Assembly (NCBI GenBank): GCA_964016885.1
Contig: OZ024743.1
Coordinates: forward strand, 201,748,001 to 201,812,000
Length of the DNA: 64,000 nucleotides
Source of the DNA: Eledone cirrhosa
Taxonomy: Eukaryota
Direction of reading: 5' to 3'
Within the stretch, counting starts at the first letter, position 1; each line of letters opens with the position of its first letter. Below the pieces are notes generated by a model. That model saw only the letters and a list, made by a program, of their open reading frames with translations. It was not told the DNA's origin and made no database searches. The position numbers were made by a program, and so were the translations under genes. This document shows, piece after piece, positions 60,603 to 64,000 of this stretch.

Positions 60603-62150
60603 ATATATATATTTATATACATACATATATATGTATACATGTATATATATACATATATATATGTATGTATGTACATATATATATATGTATATATATAAGA
60701 TATATATATATTTATATACATATATATATATACTTACATACATACACACATATATCTGTTAGAACACGAAAAGTGTGAAACACAGAATGTTCACTTTTCG
60801 TGTTCTAACATATATGCCTAGCTTCTTTAAAAATTTTTCGGGGATAGCCGTGGTGGTGATCGTATGTCATTGGCTAATTTTCAACCAATCAGAGTACCTC
60901 TCTCTATATCTCTTCCACTGTTACTTACGCCTGTTTCTCTCTATCTGTTCCGTCTCTATTTATATCTCTTACTCTTTCGCTTTGCACTCCTCCCCTTCAA
61001 TACCATCTCTCCCCCTCTCTATATATTTGTTACTCTATCGCTGCACGCTCCTCTCCTTCAATATATCAATTACACACGCTTTAAACTCCTTTATCCCCAG
61101 CGCCCCTATATATACACCCCCCTCTCCCGCATCTATATTTTAATGTACCGTTGCACCGTGAATATATGTGTCTATATATATATACATATATATTGTATAT
61201 ACACATTCATGTATGTGTATACACATTCATGTATGTATATACACTGGTTTTATGTGTGTATTGTAAATTTGTACTGTTAAAACACGAAACTAACATTCGA
61301 TTGACACTTTGATTACCTGTACAGGCAATAGTTATTAGAATGCTGTTGAAGTGTGTATATATTTTTGGGGGACATCCTGTATATACACACATTATATATA
61401 ATACAATAAACAGATAAATACACACATATATATATGAGCTTATTTAATTATAAATATTGTGAATTTTTAACTCAGTTCAATTATATATATAAATGGCTTC
61501 TACAGGACTAGAACTGTTTCATTCGAAAGAAATCATCATAATATTGAGAGGGGGGACTAGATAAAATATTTCAAATCAAATGTGTATAAGTTATAAGTTA
61601 AAATGTATAAATAGAGACGATAGTGGAGGTATATCTGTTTAGTGGAACAGTAGACGATAGAATTAAATACAGACGATAATCTCCCTTTAATGAAACAGCA
61701 GACGATAGAATTAAGGCAATTTAAATTTTAAGCATTTGCATTTTTGCCTTTCATCGTTACGGGGTCGATAAAATAAAGTACCAGTAATACACTGTCACTA
61801 GACGACTTTCAAATTGAATTGTTGGTTCCATTTCTTTAGTATTTTCAATTGTAGTTATCTACTTAAAAAGCGTTACACGGTTAGAGACATAATTCGTAAG
61901 TTATATCTTCCCTATTAAACCATTGCATTATTTCGCCTACAATAGAACAAAAATGAAATGTTCTTTAAAGAAACAGGAATATAACTTTATAAAAAAAAAA
62001 GTTGCATCCGCTTCTTTTATCATTGATAATTTTTTCGTTTTAATATTAATTGTTTTTTGTAGTTGTTTATATTAAAAATCTTACTGTAATATTTACTTAA
62101 ACGAAGGCAAACATCTAAACTTATAGATTAATCTTGAGCGAAGGACTAGA

Positions 62151-62206
<56 letters not shown>

Positions 62207-62599
62207 AACGAAGAATGATAAAATTTCAAGCAAAGAGTTTAATTAGGTATATTTTGTAATATTATTAACTAATTATTATAATTAACGCGCATATTTTGCT
62301 ATCCTCAAACACGTTTACACATGGCATGAAATATAACTAATCCGGGATGGCTAGGTTTCATCTTCTAACTGGATAAACGAAATCCATTATGTCTTGACAA
62401 CAACATGAGGTAACATTATGTTATTCACAGACACACTTTGTACACTGTTCCATATCAGAATGTATTTCCTTCGTCACATTCACAAACAGTATTGAAAATA
62501 TGTTCTTCGGCAAATAAAAATGTTTTGTTCATAATATTTCAACTAGCGATTGCTCTACTTCACGCACGACCACCATAAATTAATGACCAGCTCAACACA

Positions 62600-62768
62600 A
62601 GTATTGGTAGAGCGTCAGACACCATGCTTTGCAGTATTGTTATGGTCCTTTGCATTCTAAGTTCAAATCCTGCCGAGGTTAACTTCGACTTTCATACTTA
62701 CTAATTCGATAAAATAAAGTACCAGTAATGGACTGCCGTAATGGATTTGTGCCGAAAAATAGAAACAC
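62600..62768 (+). mobile_element. Diverged family A SINE
   Basis: GTTCAAATCCTGCCGAGGTTAAC...GATAAAATAAAGTACCAG. Confidence 0.75.
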
Positions 62769-63941
62769 TATTAATGTGCAATAAGAGCAAAATATAACGA
62801 CATTGCTCAATTATTTTATCTAATGTTGTAATAACACAAGGAAATGTTGTTTGTGTATTTTTTTTTATATTTGCTCATAGGCTTTTACAATTTCGCTCAG
62901 CCAACAACTATTAAAAAGTGAGTTGCTTAAGATAACAATTTAATCACAAATTGTTGCTATCTTTTAATACACTCCAACAAGTCATCAAATTATGTACAAT
63001 AAAAACAAATCTTATTAATTTGCTCAGGGAATATAAAGAAAATGTATATACACTGATAATTGCAAATGTATGTAAATATTTTGTTTTTGTATTGTATATT
63101 TTATGTTTTCTATTATGTATAATATATTGATTTAATATTGATTGTTTTTTGTAATTGTTTATATTAAAAGTCTGAAAATATTTTTATACATCTTACACTA
63201 ATATTTATAAGATAATTTATAATAACAATTACATAATCTAATTACATTACAACGATAATTTATTATTAATATATATCCTGTTTAACTAGAGTTATTACAA
63301 GCGTTGCCTTAAAAAAATATTAAACTAGACATGAAAAATGCGCAAGCTCAAAAGTGCCACAGAATGTTATAATAAACCTTCAAAAGTGTGGGACTAGAGT
63401 TGTTGCTAAAAAATATTGTAATCATTATATATCGTACATTCTGTGGCATCCTTTATAAAAATAGCTTAAACCAACGAAGCCTTTATTTTTACGTTATTTC
63501 ACTTAGTTAATTCTTAGAGTGTAACATATAAAAATAAATACATCTATGTTTAATGTAATAACAGCTATAAATAATTACGTAATATTATTATCATATACTC
63601 ATAGTAACAAAATAATTGTGTTGAAACTTAATATGATGCTTATATGAACGATCAAATCTATAATGATAATTTCTTAAATATACTAATAGTAAAATAATTT
63701 AGTTATCTATTGTTACATTTTCATAGAACTATAATATTAACAATCGTATTGCATTATCAAATTTTTATCACTACAAACTTTCATATTGGAATTACCTTAA
63801 GCCACTTATTATTACTTCGCTTTCGTACTTTTACAGCTGTAGATATTGCGCTGTATCTTATATCTAATATCAATATCTCGTGGTAATTTGCATGAAGTGT
63901 AAAATAGGTTTATTAATAACTTGAATATGAAATGTATTATA

Positions 63942-64000
63942 CAGGGCTGCGGAGTCGGTCAAAAATTGACTGGCTCCAACTCAGGATCCGATACTCCATT
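63942..64000 (+). mobile_element. Possible terminus of a hAT-like DNA transposon or MITE
   Basis: CAGGGCTGCGGAGTCGG start resembles hAT-type TIRs from memory; partner end not in window. Confidence 0.35.

Overview
AT-rich, microsatellite-dense animal genomic DNA; the SINE and repeat content suggests a cephalopod such as Octopus, which is an inference. I see no host protein-coding gene; nearly all short ORFs are translations of (TA)n, (CA)n or (TAA)n repeats. The window holds: (1) non-LTR retrotransposon remnants: a Tx1/L1-type APE-RT element, two 5'-truncated R4/Dong-type REL copies in (TAA)n, an RTE fragment and CRE-like 3' fragments; (2) at least three larger Penelope-like elements (PLEs) plus small fragments; (3) a decaying tandem array of about 20 tRNA-Gly (GCC/CCC) genes and pseudogenes spanning about 21.6-51.6 kb; (4) many tRNA-derived SINEs. 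The most striking signal is a dense population of type I hammerhead ribozyme (HHR) motifs, roughly 30 motifs in about 8 sequence families. The centrepiece is a near-perfect 311-bp non-coding repeat at 16421-20151, arranged as 6 copies back-to-back with about 6 inverted copies, each with a minimal HHR. It looks like a retrozyme (circRNA) concatemer integrated by PLE machinery. The same divergent fold-back architecture inside (TA)n recurs in the autonomous PLEs and in several tiny HHR-bearing palindromes. All structures were read by eye; element boundaries are approximate.
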